Shown: positions 25,308 to 35,554, counted from the stretch's first letter. The stretch: 64,000 bases of DNA from Bordetella parapertussis (GCA_945873925.1 CAMCES010000002.1:13700-77699), one strand, 5' to 3'. Numbers and translations: made by a program. The notes: generated by a model from the sequence alone, not told the origin.

Positions 25308-27809
25308 TCAGGCTGCAATCAAGCTGGGCTTTTCGGGAATCCAAAATGAAAAACGACACCCAACGATGTTTTTTCCATTGTAGATGTTCTCCGCATGCAT
25401 GCGCCCTTGATGCGACTCGATGATGGTTCGGCATAGATTCAAACCAATACCCATACCTTCTTTTTTCGTGGAGTAGAAAGCTTCAAAGACACGCGACATG
25501 ACCTCTGCTGACATGCCTGAGCCAGAATCGGTCACTGAGAATTCAACCACGGCTTGCGTCTCAATGACCTTGGGCACAATTTGCAATTGCACCAGGCGTT
25601 GATCCACCGGCAGGTTGGCTTGCTCGACAGCCTCAGCAGCATTTTTCAAGAGGTTGATCAACACCTGTTCGATCAGAATTGGATCTACCAAAACGCTGGA
25701 AATTTTATCGGACATGAACAAACTGAAACGCACCTGGCGTTTGCGTAACTCGACATCGGCAAGCTCGATCGCTTCAGTCACGATGGGTGAAATCAAAGAT
25801 TGAATCTTGTTGGTTTCACTGCGCTTAACAAAGCTGCGGATACGTTGAATGATTTGACCTGCACGTTGGGCTTGTCGAGCCGTTTTTTCCAGCGCCAAAA
25901 GCAATTCATCCTCGGTGATTTGTTTGCCGCGAATTCGCGTGACCATGCCATTGCAGTAATTGGATATGGCCGTCAAAGGTTGGTTTAATTCATGCGCCAC
26001 ACTCGAGGCCATCTCACCCATGGTGATCAACCGACTGGCAGACTGTGCACGCTCTGCTTGAATGGCTGCTTGGTCCTCAGCGGTGCGACGTGCCGTGATG
26101 TCGGTGGAAATCACCATTTGTGCCAAACGACCATCTACCCAATTGAGGTAGCGTGAGCGCACCTCGAGCCATTTTTGAAGCTCAGACAAATAGATCTCAG
26201 AGTTCTCAGACCTCGCTTGTGTCAGGCTTTCACTGGGTATACCCGACAGATCATCGACAGATTCATCATTGGACGAGGAATCGCGGTCAGACTTGCCGGC
26301 TTGAGTGACCAAAACCAAATGCCCTGAACTTTGGTTGCCGAACCATTGGCGATAGAGTTTGTTGGCAAACAAAAGCTCGGTGCTGCCCAGCGGTGTGACG
26401 GAGACCGAGGCATCCAGGGCTTCGAGCACGGTAGTGAAGCGCTCGTAGGAGGCAGAGAGCTGTTCACGGATTCGGTTGGGTTCGGTGATGTCGGTCATAG
26501 AGGTCATCCAACCTGTTTGTTCACCGTAGGCGTCAATCAATGGGGACACATATAAGCGGGCATCAAACAGACTGCCATTTTTGCGCTTGACCCGGATTTG
26601 AAAGCCACTCATGGTGGTTCTGCCGTTGAGTTGGTCAGACAACTTGGTGTTGAGGACGTGCCTGTCTTCATCGGGCCAATAAGGAAAAGGCGAGCTCAGC
26701 CCGACGAGTTCCTTTTCGCTCCAGCCTGTCATTTGACAAAACGCTGCATTGACATAGGTGATGCGCCCTTGCATGTCCATGGCACGCATACCGGTCAGGA
26801 TGGAGTTTTCCATTGCGCGACGGAAATTGGTTTCTGCCACCAAGGCTTGTTGAGCTTGCAGTCGGCGCCGTGTGTGTCGCCAGGTGCCAATCAACATCCA
26901 GGTGGTCATGCCACTGAGCAACAACACTAACCAAAACAAGACGCTGCCGGTCAGTACCTGAGATGTACGGTAAGCCTGTGCACGCAATTGCAAAGTGTTG
27001 CCCACCGTGGAGACCGGCACGGTGTATTCATAGGCTTTGGATTCCCAGGGAGAGAAATCAAACAAACCTGTTCTGGGTCTGATGCTTTGCCCCGCCAGCA
27101 ACTCGTTGTTGGAATCCACCAGGGCAACCGCATGTTGTGCACTCACCTCGGATGGAACTGCATAGCGCAGCAAACCTTCCAAGGAGTATTCAATCAACAC
27201 AACCCCTTTGAAGTTGTTGTTGTTGAACATGGGTACATGCAATTGAATATGCGTCTCGGAAGTGCTTACCCCATCATTTTGCGCAAATGTGACCGGCGAT
27301 GAATACAGTGAGCGCTTTAATTCCTTGGCCAGCAAAAAGGTTTCTTCCGTTTGGGGGTGGTCTAGCCAAGCGCCCTGGCGGTGAAATTGCAGCATCTCTA
27401 CCGTGCCGGGTGAGAATTTTGTTCGCACCCGTTTGTATTCATCTATCCAGGTGATGCTGGCAATCTCTGGGTATTGAGAGGAGAAGTCGACTGCGACATT
27501 GGAGAAGTCCACCACAGAAAGCTTTTCACTTCCCAGGTCGCGAGCCATTCGAAAGATTTGTTCTTGCTGCTCGAGCAAGTGCAAGCGCATTTTTTGATTG
27601 GCAAACTCCAAGTCGCGCTGAACGCTTTCTTGTTCTCTGTCCATTTCCTCCAGCCGCAAATAACTCACGCTACTGAGGATGGTGACCAAAAAAACAGCCA
27701 CAGCAGCGATGGGCGCCAACAGTGCAAATCTGTCTTGCTTGCTGGGGCTTTGTTGCTTCCACCAGCTTTTCCAGTTGGTATTGAGTGTTTGCAGAATGGT
27801 TTTAGGCAT
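25308..27809 (-). CDS. PAS-domain sensor histidine kinase
   Basis: 833 aa. Two TM segments flank a periplasmic domain, and PAS repeats follow. The HisKA H-box is MGEMASSVAHELNQPL, and HATPase_c has the motifs DSGSGM and GIGLNLC. Confidence 0.9.
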   Translation of the reverse strand: MPKTILQTLNTNWKSWWKQQSPSKQDRFALLAPIAAVAVFLVTILSSVSYLRLEEMDREQESVQRDLEFANQKMRLHLLEQQEQIFRMARDLGSEKLSVVDFSNVAVDFSSQYPEIASITWIDEYKRVRTKFSPGTVEMLQFHRQGAWLDHPQTEETFLLAKELKRSLYSSPVTFAQNDGVSTSETHIQLHVPMFNNNNFKGVVLIEYSLEGLLRYAVPSEVSAQHAVALVDSNNELLAGQSIRPRTGLFDFSPWESKAYEYTVPVSTVGNTLQLRAQAYRTSQVLTGSVLFWLVLLLSGMTTWMLIGTWRHTRRRLQAQQALVAETNFRRAMENSILTGMRAMDMQGRITYVNAAFCQMTGWSEKELVGLSSPFPYWPDEDRHVLNTKLSDQLNGRTTMSGFQIRVKRKNGSLFDARLYVSPLIDAYGEQTGWMTSMTDITEPNRIREQLSASYERFTTVLEALDASVSVTPLGSTELLFANKLYRQWFGNQSSGHLVLVTQAGKSDRDSSSNDESVDDLSGIPSESLTQARSENSEIYLSELQKWLEVRSRYLNWVDGRLAQMVISTDITARRTAEDQAAIQAERAQSASRLITMGEMASSVAHELNQPLTAISNYCNGMVTRIRGKQITEDELLLALEKTARQAQRAGQIIQRIRSFVKRSETNKIQSLISPIVTEAIELADVELRKRQVRFSLFMSDKISSVLVDPILIEQVLINLLKNAAEAVEQANLPVDQRLVQLQIVPKVIETQAVVEFSVTDSGSGMSAEVMSRVFEAFYSTKKEGMGIGLNLCRTIIESHQGRMHAENIYNGKNIVGCRFSFWIPEKPSLIAA

Positions 27810-27853
27810 GATTGAGCAGTTTAGGCGCAGAAAAGGCTTGCCATGCTTGGTTC

Positions 27854-27870
27854 ATTTCGCGATACGAAAT
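27854..27870. promoter_or_regulatory. 17-bp palindrome in the kinase/aceE divergent region (candidate operator)
   Basis: ATTTCGcgataCGAAAT has perfect 6-bp arms and a 5-nt spacer, and lies 71 nt upstream of the aceE ATG. No binding protein is assigned; this is a pattern only. Confidence 0.25.
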
Positions 27871-27940
27871 ACTTAAGCGTCATTTGAAATCATGTCAAAA
27901 TATCCGCTCCATTCCATTCTTTTCGATCAAGGAGTCAAGC

Positions 27941-30652
27941 ATGTCTGCTGCACCCGACACACCTCGAACATTTGCAGTCAACGATACCGACAGTCTGGAA
28001 ACCCGGGAATGGATGGACGCGCTGTCTGCCGTCATTTCATCCGAAGGCCCAGAGCGTGCGCATTTCTTGTTGGAACAGCTGCTTGAACACGCCAGAGAAA
28101 ACAGCATTGACATGCCTTTCTCTGCCAATACTGGCTATGTGAACACACTTGAGCCAGACCAGGAAGAGCGGTGTCCGGGAAACATTGAAATTGAAGAACG
28201 TTTGCGGGCCTATATGCGCTGGAACGCCATGGCCATGGTGGTCAAGGCGAATCGCCACAACCCAGCCGATGGTGGCGATTTGGGTGGGCACATTGGCTCG
28301 TTTGCGTCCTTGGCTCACATGTTCGGCGCTGGCTTTAACCATTTTTGGCATGCCGAAAGCGAAAACCATGGCGGCGATCTGCTCTACATCCAAGGCCATG
28401 TCTCTCCGGGTGTCTATGCCCGCGCTTACCTGGAAGGAAGATTGACAGAAGAGCAGTTGCTCCACTTTCGCCAAGAGGTAGACGGCAAAGGCCTCTCGAG
28501 CTATCCGCATCCCAAACTCATGCCCGAGTTTTGGCAATTCCCGACGGTGTCTATGGGCCTGGGCCCATTGATGGCAATCTATCAAGCGCGCTTTTTAAAG
28601 TATTTGCATGCCCGTGGCATTGCCGACACCGAGAACCGCAAGGTCTGGGTGTTTTGCGGTGACGGTGAGATGGATGAGGTTGAATCCATGGGCGCCATCG
28701 GCTTGGCCGCGCGCGAGAAATTGGACAACCTGGTCTTTGTGATCAATTGCAATTTGCAGCGCTTGGACGGTCCGGTGCGCGGTAATGGCAAGATCATTCA
28801 AGAACTCGAGGGGGAGTTTCGAGGCGCCGGTTGGAACGTCATCAAATTGATTTGGGGCAGCAACTGGGACCCATTGATCGCCAGAGACAAAGACGGCGCT
28901 TTGCGTCGTATCATGATGGAGACCTTGGACGGCGACTACCAAGCCTTCAAGGCCATCGACGGCGCTTATGTGCGCAAGCATTTCTTCGGTCGCGACCCAC
29001 GCACCTTGGAGATGGTGGCCAAGATGAGTGACGACGATATTTGGAACCTGCGTCGCGGCGGACATGACCCGCAAAAGGTCTATGCCGCTTATGCGGCTGC
29101 GGTGAAACACAAGGGCCAACCCACGGTGCTGTTGATCAAAACCGTCAAGGGTTTTGGCATGGGCAGTGCGGGCGAAGGCAAGAACACGGTTCACCAAACC
29201 AAAAAGCTCACGGACGAAGACATCAAAACCTTCCGTGACCGCTTCAACATTCCCATTCCAGACAGCGAGTTGTCCAAACTGCCTTTTTACAAACCGGCAG
29301 ATGACACGCCAGAGATGCAGTACTTGCATGAGCGCCGCAAGGCCTTGGGCGGCTATCTGCCACACCGGCGCACCAAAGCAGAGGAGCAGTTCACCGTGCC
29401 GTCGCTCGATGTGTTCAAGGCGGTCACCGAGGCCACGGTGGAGGGCAGAGAAATTTCCACCACCCAAGCCTATGTTCGCTTCCTGACCCAGTTGCTGCGA
29501 GACCAAGCCTTGGGGCCCCGTGTGGTTCCGATTTTGGTCGACGAAGCTCGTACCTTTGGCATGGAAGGCTTGTTCCGCCAGGTGGGTATTTACAACCCAG
29601 ATGGACAACAGTACACGCCAGTCGACAAAGACCAGGTGATGTATTACAAGGAAGACAAAGCCGGTCAAATTTTGCAAGAGGGCATCAACGAAGCCGGCGG
29701 CATGAGCAGTTGGATCGCGGCGGCGACCTCTTACTCGACCAACAACCGGATCATGATCCCGTTCTACGTGTACTACTCGATGTTTGGCTTCCAGCGCGTT
29801 GGCGACTTGGCCTGGGCCGCTGGCGATATGCAGGCGCGTGGTTTCTTGTTGGGTGGCACCTCTGGGCGCACCACTTTGAACGGCGAGGGCTTGCAGCATG
29901 AAGATGGGCACAGCCACATCCTGGCAGGCACCATTCCTAATTGCATCAGTTACGACCCGACCTTTGCCCACGAGGTGGCGGTCATCATGCAGCACGGTTT
30001 GAAGCGCATGGTGGAGAAGCAAGACAACGTCTTTTACTACCTGACCTTGTTGAATGAAAACTACGCCATGCCTGGCTTGACACCAGGCACAGAGGCACAA
30101 ATCATCAAAGGCATGTATTTGTTGCAACCTGCTGAAGGCGCGAAAAAACTGCCCCGCGTCAACCTGCTGGGTTCGGGCACCATCTTGCGTGAGTCGATCG
30201 CTGCCAGAGACTTGTTGGCCAGCGATTGGGCCGTGGCTGCCAACGTGTGGAGCTGCCCCAGCTTCAACGAGTTGGCACGCGATGGCGCGCAAGCCGAGCG
30301 CTGGAACCTGTTGCATCCCACCGAAGAGGCGCAACAGTCGTTTGTGGCCCAACAACTGACGCCCCATGACGGCCCGGTGGTTGCCTCCACCGACTACATG
30401 AAGGCCTATGCCGAGCAAATTCGCGCCTACATTCCTTCCGGTCGGGTCTACAAAGTGTTGGGAACCGATGGTTTTGGGCGCAGCGATTTCCGCTACAAAT
30501 TGCGCGAGCACTTTGAGATCAATCGCCATTACATTGTGGTGGCAGCCCTCAAGGCCTTGAGCGAAGAGGGCAAGGTCCCGGTCGATACCGTGGCCAAAGC
30601 GATCCATCACTACAAACTGCAAGCGGACAAAATCAATCCGCTCAACGCTTGA
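27941..30652 (+). CDS. aceE: pyruvate dehydrogenase E1 component (homodimeric type)
   Basis: The start is trimmed to the ATG at 27941, which follows AAGGAG. The N-terminus is MSAAPDTPRTFAVNDTDSLETREWMDAL. The ThDP motif GDGEMDEVES...NCNLQRLDGPVRGNG is present. aceF and lpdA follow. Confidence 0.95.
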   Translation: MSAAPDTPRTFAVNDTDSLETREWMDALSAVISSEGPERAHFLLEQLLEHARENSIDMPFSANTGYVNTLEPDQEERCPGNIEIEERLRAYMRWNAMAMVVKANRHNPADGGDLGGHIGSFASLAHMFGAGFNHFWHAESENHGGDLLYIQGHVSPGVYARAYLEGRLTEEQLLHFRQEVDGKGLSSYPHPKLMPEFWQFPTVSMGLGPLMAIYQARFLKYLHARGIADTENRKVWVFCGDGEMDEVESMGAIGLAAREKLDNLVFVINCNLQRLDGPVRGNGKIIQELEGEFRGAGWNVIKLIWGSNWDPLIARDKDGALRRIMMETLDGDYQAFKAIDGAYVRKHFFGRDPRTLEMVAKMSDDDIWNLRRGGHDPQKVYAAYAAAVKHKGQPTVLLIKTVKGFGMGSAGEGKNTVHQTKKLTDEDIKTFRDRFNIPIPDSELSKLPFYKPADDTPEMQYLHERRKALGGYLPHRRTKAEEQFTVPSLDVFKAVTEATVEGREISTTQAYVRFLTQLLRDQALGPRVVPILVDEARTFGMEGLFRQVGIYNPDGQQYTPVDKDQVMYYKEDKAGQILQEGINEAGGMSSWIAAATSYSTNNRIMIPFYVYYSMFGFQRVGDLAWAAGDMQARGFLLGGTSGRTTLNGEGLQHEDGHSHILAGTIPNCISYDPTFAHEVAVIMQHGLKRMVEKQDNVFYYLTLLNENYAMPGLTPGTEAQIIKGMYLLQPAEGAKKLPRVNLLGSGTILRESIAARDLLASDWAVAANVWSCPSFNELARDGAQAERWNLLHPTEEAQQSFVAQQLTPHDGPVVASTDYMKAYAEQIRAYIPSGRVYKVLGTDGFGRSDFRYKLREHFEINRHYIVVAALKALSEEGKVPVDTVAKAIHHYKLQADKINPLNA

Positions 30653-30667
30653 TCCAGGGAGACACAA

Positions 30668-31969
30668 ATGGCAACAGTGGAAGTGAAAGTCCCTGACATT
30701 GGCGACTTCGATGAAGTGGCGGTGATTGAGTTGTTGGTGAAAGTGGGCGACAAGGTGCGTCCCGAGCAGTCCTTGATCACGGTCGAGTCTGACAAGGCGT
30801 CGATGGAAATCCCATCCTCGCATGCCGGTGTGATCACCGAGATGTTGGTGAAGTTGGGCGACAAGGTCAAGCAAGGCTCATCGATCGTGAAGTTGGATGC
30901 AGGCGAAGTCGAAGTCACCGCAGCAGCTGCGCCTTCACCTGCCGCAGCAGCTGCGCCTTCACCTGCCGCTTCGTCGCCAGCACCGGTTGCTGCAGCACCT
31001 TTGCCGGCTGTGCCTCATCAACCCACGATGGCCTCCTCGGGTGAATTGCCGCATGCGTCACCCTCGATACGCAAGTTTGCCCGTGAGCTGGGCGTGCCGT
31101 TGACGGAAGTCAAGGGCAGCGGACCCAAAGGGCGCATCGGTCTCGAAGACATCCATGCGTTCAGTCGTGCGGTCATGGCAGGCGACACCCGAACCCAAGC
31201 GCAATCGGCTAAAGCACCTGCGGGCGACGGCGCTGGCCTGGGTTTGATTCCTTGGCCCAAGGTTGACTTCGCTAAATTTGGCCCGATTGAGCACAAAGAA
31301 CTGGGTCGGATTCAAAAAATCAGCGGTGCCAATTTGTTGCGCAACGCGGTGATGATCCCGTCCGTCACCAACCATGACGATGCCGACATCACTGAGCTGG
31401 AGGCTTTCCGTCTGCTGACCAACCGAGAACACGAGAAATCAGGTGTCAAGGTCACCATGTTGGCCTTTTTGATCAAAGCTTGCGTCGCGGCCTTGCAAAA
31501 GTATCCGCAATTCAACAGTTCCCTCGATGGCGACACGCTGGTTTACAAGCGCTATTGGCACATCGGTTTTGCTGCTGACACGCCCAACGGCTTGATGGTG
31601 CCGGTACTCAAAGATGCCGATCAAAAAGGCATTTTGCAAATCAGCGCCGAGATGAGTGAGCTTGCGAAAAAAGCCCGTGAGGGCAAACTCAGCCCTGCTG
31701 AAATGTCCGGTGCGACCTTCACCATTTCCAGCTTGGGCGGCATTGGCGGGCGCTATTTCACACCCATCATCAACGCGCCTGAAGTGGCGATTTTGGGCGT
31801 GTGCCGCAGCAACATGGAGCCAGTTTGGGACGGTAAAGCATTCGAGCCGCGCCTGATGCTGCCCCTATCCCTGACCTGGGACCACCGCGTGATCGACGGT
31901 GCAGCAGCAGCTCGCTTCAATGCCTACCTCGGACAGGTGTTGGCCGATTTCCGCCGCGTCATGCTCTAA
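30668..31969 (+). CDS. aceF: dihydrolipoamide acetyltransferase (PDH E2), single lipoyl domain
   Basis: It has a lipoyl domain ([14 protein letters not shown]), an Ala/Pro linker, the subunit-binding domain PSIRKFARELGV and the catalytic motif SLTWDHRVIDGAAAARF. Confidence 0.95.
   Translation: MATVEVKVPDIGDFDEVAVIELLVKVGDKVRPEQSLITVESDKASMEIPSSHAGVITEMLVKLGDKVKQGSSIVKLDAGEVEVTAAAAPSPAAAAAPSPAASSPAPVAAAPLPAVPHQPTMASSGELPHASPSIRKFARELGVPLTEVKGSGPKGRIGLEDIHAFSRAVMAGDTRTQAQSAKAPAGDGAGLGLIPWPKVDFAKFGPIEHKELGRIQKISGANLLRNAVMIPSVTNHDDADITELEAFRLLTNREHEKSGVKVTMLAFLIKACVAALQKYPQFNSSLDGDTLVYKRYWHIGFAADTPNGLMVPVLKDADQKGILQISAEMSELAKKAREGKLSPAEMSGATFTISSLGGIGGRYFTPIINAPEVAILGVCRSNMEPVWDGKAFEPRLMLPLSLTWDHRVIDGAAAARFNAYLGQVLADFRRVML
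30921..30968 (+). repeat. perfect 24-bp tandem duplication inside the aceF Ala/Pro linker
   Basis: cagcagctgcgccttcacctgccg occurs twice back to back (30921-30944 and 30945-30968). It encodes the reiterated AAAAPSPA. Confidence 0.9.
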
Positions 31970-32019
31970 ACCATGGGGCCCTGCATGCACTTGCAGCCCC
32001 GCACTGATGGATTAACAAA

Positions 32020-33798
32020 ATGGCTCAAACAGACATTCAAATTCCCGACATCGGCGACTTCGACGAAGTGGCTGTCATCGAATTGTTGGTGAAGGTGGGC
32101 GACACGGTCGCGGTTGACCAAAGCTTGATCACCGTGGAGAGCGACAAAGCATCCATGGAAATCCCTTCTTCCCATGCCGGTGTCGTCACCGCATTTCAAG
32201 TGAAGCTGGGCGACAAGGTCAAGCAAGGCTCGGTCATTTTGTCGGTGGAAGCTGCTGCTCCCAGCCCGACCGCCACTGCGGCAGCAGCGCCCGTTGCTGA
32301 TCATTCAGCCAGCAGCTTTTCCGGTGCAGTGGATGTGCAGTGTGATTTGTTGGTCTTGGGTGGTGGCCCTGGTGGCTACAGCGCGGCATTCCGCGCCGCC
32401 GATTTAGGTCTCAACGTGGTCATCGTCGAACGCTATGCCCAATTGGGCGGTGTTTGTTTGAATGTGGGTTGCATCCCGTCCAAAGCCTTGCTGCATGTGG
32501 CTGCTGTGATGGACGAGGTGAGCCACCTCAGCAGCTTAGGTGTGGATTTTGGCAAGCCCAAGGTCAACATTGACATGCTGCGTGGCCACAAAGAGAAAGT
32601 CATCGGCAAGCTCACGGGCGGTTTGGCTGCCATGGCCAAGATGCGCAAGGTCACGGTGTTGCGCGGCTATGGGGTTTTCATGGGCAGCCACCATGTGGCG
32701 GTGGAAGAAACCACGGGGAGCGCACAAGACAAAACCGGTAACAGCAAAGTGGTGAGCTTCAAAAACTGCATCATTGCCGCCGGCAGCCAAGCCGTGCATT
32801 TGCCGTTCATGCCGGACGATCCCCGCGTGGTTGACAGCACTGGTGCACTGCAATTGACCAAGCTGCCCAAGCGCATGTTGGTGCTGGGCGGCGGCATCAT
32901 TGGCTTGGAAATGGGCACGGTCTACAGCACGCTGGGCGCACGCCTGGATGTGGTGGAAATGACTGACGGCTTGATGCAAGGCGCTGACCGTGACTTGGTG
33001 AAGATTTGGCAGAAGATGAATGCACCGCGTTTTGACAACATCATGTTGAAAACCAAAACCGTGTCTGCACGCGCCACCGCTAAAGGGATTGAAGTGACTT
33101 TTGAAGGCGAGGGCGCCCCGGCTCCGCAGGTCTATGACTTGGTGTTGCAAGCCGTGGGCCGAACACCCAACGGCAAAAAAATGGCTGCGGATAAAGCAGG
33201 CGTGGAGGTCACAGAACGCGGCTTCATCAACGTCGACATCCAGATGCGCACCAACGTGCCGCACATCTTCGCCATTGGCGATATCGTGGGGCAGCCCATG
33301 CTCGCGCACAAGGCGGTGCACGAAGGCCATGTCGCGGCCGAAGTCATTGCGGGCGAGCTGCAAGGCAAGCACGAATTAGCCTCTGCGGCATTCAATGCGC
33401 GTGTGATTCCCAGCGTGGCCTACACCGACCCGGAAGTGGCATGGGTGGGCTTGACTGAAGACCAAGCCAGAGCGCAAGGCATCAAGGTGAAAAAAGGCTT
33501 GTTCCCCTGGGCGGCGTCGGGTCGCGCCATTGCCAACGGGCGCGACGAAGGAGTGACCAAACTGCTTTTTGACGACAGCCCACAGGCGCACGGCCACGGC
33601 AAGATTTTGGGCGGTGGCATGGTCGGCACCCACGCGGGTGACATGATCGGTGAAGTGGCCTTGGCCATCGAGATGGGCGCAGACGCCGTGGATATCGGCA
33701 AGACCATTCATCCGCACCCGACGTTGGGTGAGAGCATTGGCATGGCGGCCGAGGTAGCGCACGGCAGTTGCACGGACCTGCCCCCTGCAAGACGGTGA
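32020..33798 (+). CDS. lpdA: dihydrolipoyl dehydrogenase (PDH E3) with N-terminal lipoyl domain
   Basis: 592 aa. An N-terminal lipoyl domain ([14 protein letters not shown]) is followed by the FAD motif [17 protein letters not shown], the redox disulfide [13 protein letters not shown] and the C-terminal HPHPTLGE. Confidence 0.95.
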   Translation: MAQTDIQIPDIGDFDEVAVIELLVKVGDTVAVDQSLITVESDKASMEIPSSHAGVVTAFQVKLGDKVKQGSVILSVEAAAPSPTATAAAAPVADHSASSFSGAVDVQCDLLVLGGGPGGYSAAFRAADLGLNVVIVERYAQLGGVCLNVGCIPSKALLHVAAVMDEVSHLSSLGVDFGKPKVNIDMLRGHKEKVIGKLTGGLAAMAKMRKVTVLRGYGVFMGSHHVAVEETTGSAQDKTGNSKVVSFKNCIIAAGSQAVHLPFMPDDPRVVDSTGALQLTKLPKRMLVLGGGIIGLEMGTVYSTLGARLDVVEMTDGLMQGADRDLVKIWQKMNAPRFDNIMLKTKTVSARATAKGIEVTFEGEGAPAPQVYDLVLQAVGRTPNGKKMAADKAGVEVTERGFINVDIQMRTNVPHIFAIGDIVGQPMLAHKAVHEGHVAAEVIAGELQGKHELASAAFNARVIPSVAYTDPEVAWVGLTEDQARAQGIKVKKGLFPWAASGRAIANGRDEGVTKLLFDDSPQAHGHGKILGGGMVGTHAGDMIGEVALAIEMGADAVDIGKTIHPHPTLGESIGMAAEVAHGSCTDLPPARR

Positions 33799-33863
33799 TC
33801 ACCCACCTGTTACACCCACCAAGGCCGCAACATGGCGGGTAAAGGCGCGTTGGAGCGTTTGTC

Positions 33864-34484
33864 ATGATGCCACTTCTCTACACCTACCGCCGTTGTCCTT
33901 ACGCCATGCGCGCCCGCATGGCCCTGCGTCAAGCAGGTGTGGTGTACCAAGGGCTGGAGGTGTCGTTGCGAGACAAATCTCCCGCCATGTTGGCTGTTTC
34001 ACCCAAAGGCACCGTGCCGGTGCTGGTGTTGCCCTCTGCTGAAGTACTCGAGCAAAGCCTGGACATCATGCGATGGGCTTTTGACCAATCGGGCGATGCA
34101 GAGGGCTGGTGGGCGAGGGCGCAATCGCCAGACAACCTGGCCTTGCAACAGGCGTGTGACGGTCCGTTTAAACACCACCTGGATCGTTACAAATACCCGC
34201 AGCGCTTTGCCGATTCGCTGACCCGGGAACAACACTTTCAGCATGCCGTGGCCGCACTGCTGGAACCCCTGGAACCATACCTGCAAAGCCAGCCCCAACT
34301 GGGGGGTGTCAGTCCCTGCGCCGCAGACATTGGTATTTTCCCGTTTGTGCGCCAGTTCGCCGCCGTGGACGCAGCTTTGTTTGAAAGCTTGTCGTTGCCA
34401 GCGGTGAAGGCCTGGCTGGCAGGATGGTTGGTCAGCGGTTTGTTCGATGAGGTGATGCGCAAAACAGCAACACCAGCGGGCTGA
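33864..34484 (+). CDS. glutathione S-transferase / glutaredoxin-2-like protein
   Basis: LYTYRRCPYAMRARMAL...SPKGTVPVLVL...VLEQSLDIMRW is a thioredoxin-fold GST N-terminal pattern, followed by a helical C-terminal domain. Confidence 0.7.
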   Translation: MMPLLYTYRRCPYAMRARMALRQAGVVYQGLEVSLRDKSPAMLAVSPKGTVPVLVLPSAEVLEQSLDIMRWAFDQSGDAEGWWARAQSPDNLALQQACDGPFKHHLDRYKYPQRFADSLTREQHFQHAVAALLEPLEPYLQSQPQLGGVSPCAADIGIFPFVRQFAAVDAALFESLSLPAVKAWLAGWLVSGLFDEVMRKTATPAG

Positions 34485-34499
34485 GGCCTTGCCTGCACT

Positions 34500-35432
34500 T
34501 CAGTGCTTGGGTTTCCCGCACTGCTTGGCCGGAGCACCTTTTGATTTGCGCTCAATCCTTTCCGCGTCTGTCCTTTTGCCCTCAGCCAGCCATATAGCGA
34601 ACTCTTGGGGCGTCTCCAAGGTGATGCGACCCAGTGCATTGCTTCGGAAGTCATGGATCACGATGTGTGCGGCTTTGGTGGTGTTGATCCGCCCACCGCT
34701 TTGCACCGCACCTCGGCTGCGAGCCACTGCCTCCAACATGGTCTCCTCCATGAGTGAGGATGGGTCGCTGACCTTATAGCGCTTTGCCAGTGCTGCAGGG
34801 TAATGGGCGATCAAGTAGCGCAGCAGTTCAAGGGCAACTTCCTCATCGTCAAATGCGTTGATGCCGATGGCGCCACTGGCGGCCAGGTTGAAACCGCTTT
34901 GGGTCACGATGATGCGAGGCCACAAGACACCTGGCGTGTCATAAAGGTAAAAGTCATCTGCCAAAGCGATGCGCTGTTCGGTTTTCGTGACGCCTGCCTC
35001 GTCCCCGGTTTTGGCTGCGCGTTTGCCTTTGAGGGTGTTGATCAAGGTGGACTTGCCGACGTTGGGAATGCCGCAAATCAGTACCCGCATCGGTTTGACC
35101 ATGCCGCCGCGCAAGGGGGCAAGCTGATGGCATGCCTCCATCAAGGCTTTGGCGGGCGAGACCATGCTGGTGTCCAAGCCGATGGCGCGCACCGCGGTCA
35201 TGGCGTTGTAATGGGCTAGCCAGATGCGGGTGCGCTCTGGGTCGGCCAAGTCTTGTTTGCTCAGCACTTTCAAAGCGGGTTTGCCTTGAATGAGTTCAGC
35301 CAACATCGGGTTGGCGCTCGATCCTGGCAGCCGGGAATCTAGCATTTCAATGACCACGTCAATGTTTTTGATACGCTCGCCTATGGCTTTGCGCGTCAGG
35401 TGCATATGACCAGGAAACCATTGGATTGCCAT
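34500..35432 (-). CDS. rbgA: ribosome biogenesis GTPase YlqF/RbgA (circularly permuted)
   Basis: The start is trimmed to the ATG at 35432 (MAIQWFPGHMHLTRKAI). Motif order is G4 before G1: VLSKQDL...[12 protein letters not shown]...DTPG. The untrimmed ORF would run into the YceI gene. Confidence 0.85.
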   Translation of the reverse strand: MAIQWFPGHMHLTRKAIGERIKNIDVVIEMLDSRLPGSSANPMLAELIQGKPALKVLSKQDLADPERTRIWLAHYNAMTAVRAIGLDTSMVSPAKALMEACHQLAPLRGGMVKPMRVLICGIPNVGKSTLINTLKGKRAAKTGDEAGVTKTEQRIALADDFYLYDTPGVLWPRIIVTQSGFNLAASGAIGINAFDDEEVALELLRYLIAHYPAALAKRYKVSDPSSLMEETMLEAVARSRGAVQSGGRINTTKAAHIVIHDFRSNALGRITLETPQEFAIWLAEGKRTDAERIERKSKGAPAKQCGKPKH

Positions 35433-35504
35433 TGAAAAACCAACTTGATGTGTATGTGGACATTGTCCGACAGATTCCATGCTCGACCGATCTTGCCAAA
35501 GCAT

Positions 35505-35536
35505 AAAAAAAGCCGTCCACCCGATGGCGAACGGCT
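35505..35536 (-). terminator. rho-independent terminator after the cytochrome b561-yceI-yceI operon
   Basis: The minus strand reads AAAGCCGT-(14-nt loop with internal CCA/TGG pairing)-ACGGCTTTTTTT. It lies 18 nt downstream of the YceI stop. Confidence 0.6.
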
Positions 35537-35554
35537 TTATGGAGAAGCGTGTGT

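Noticed and set aside
27812-27940. N-terminal extensions in the ORF track: aceE from 27812, rbgA to 35624, sucA from 41653, pyrD to 21080, rpiA from 20891, lpd from 45991, rluD from 52089, yceI to 36799, and others
   Set aside because: Internal starts reproduce the canonical family N-termini. Where checked (aceE, sucA, acuI, the 18550 ORF) they sit behind better Shine-Dalgarno sequences. The extensions would overlap neighbouring genes or divergent promoters.
28595-30874. 759-aa ORF on the minus strand opposite aceE and the start of aceF
   Set aside because: It is a shadow ORF antisense to unmistakable aceE. It has no motifs and a low-complexity, His/Arg/Gly-rich composition.
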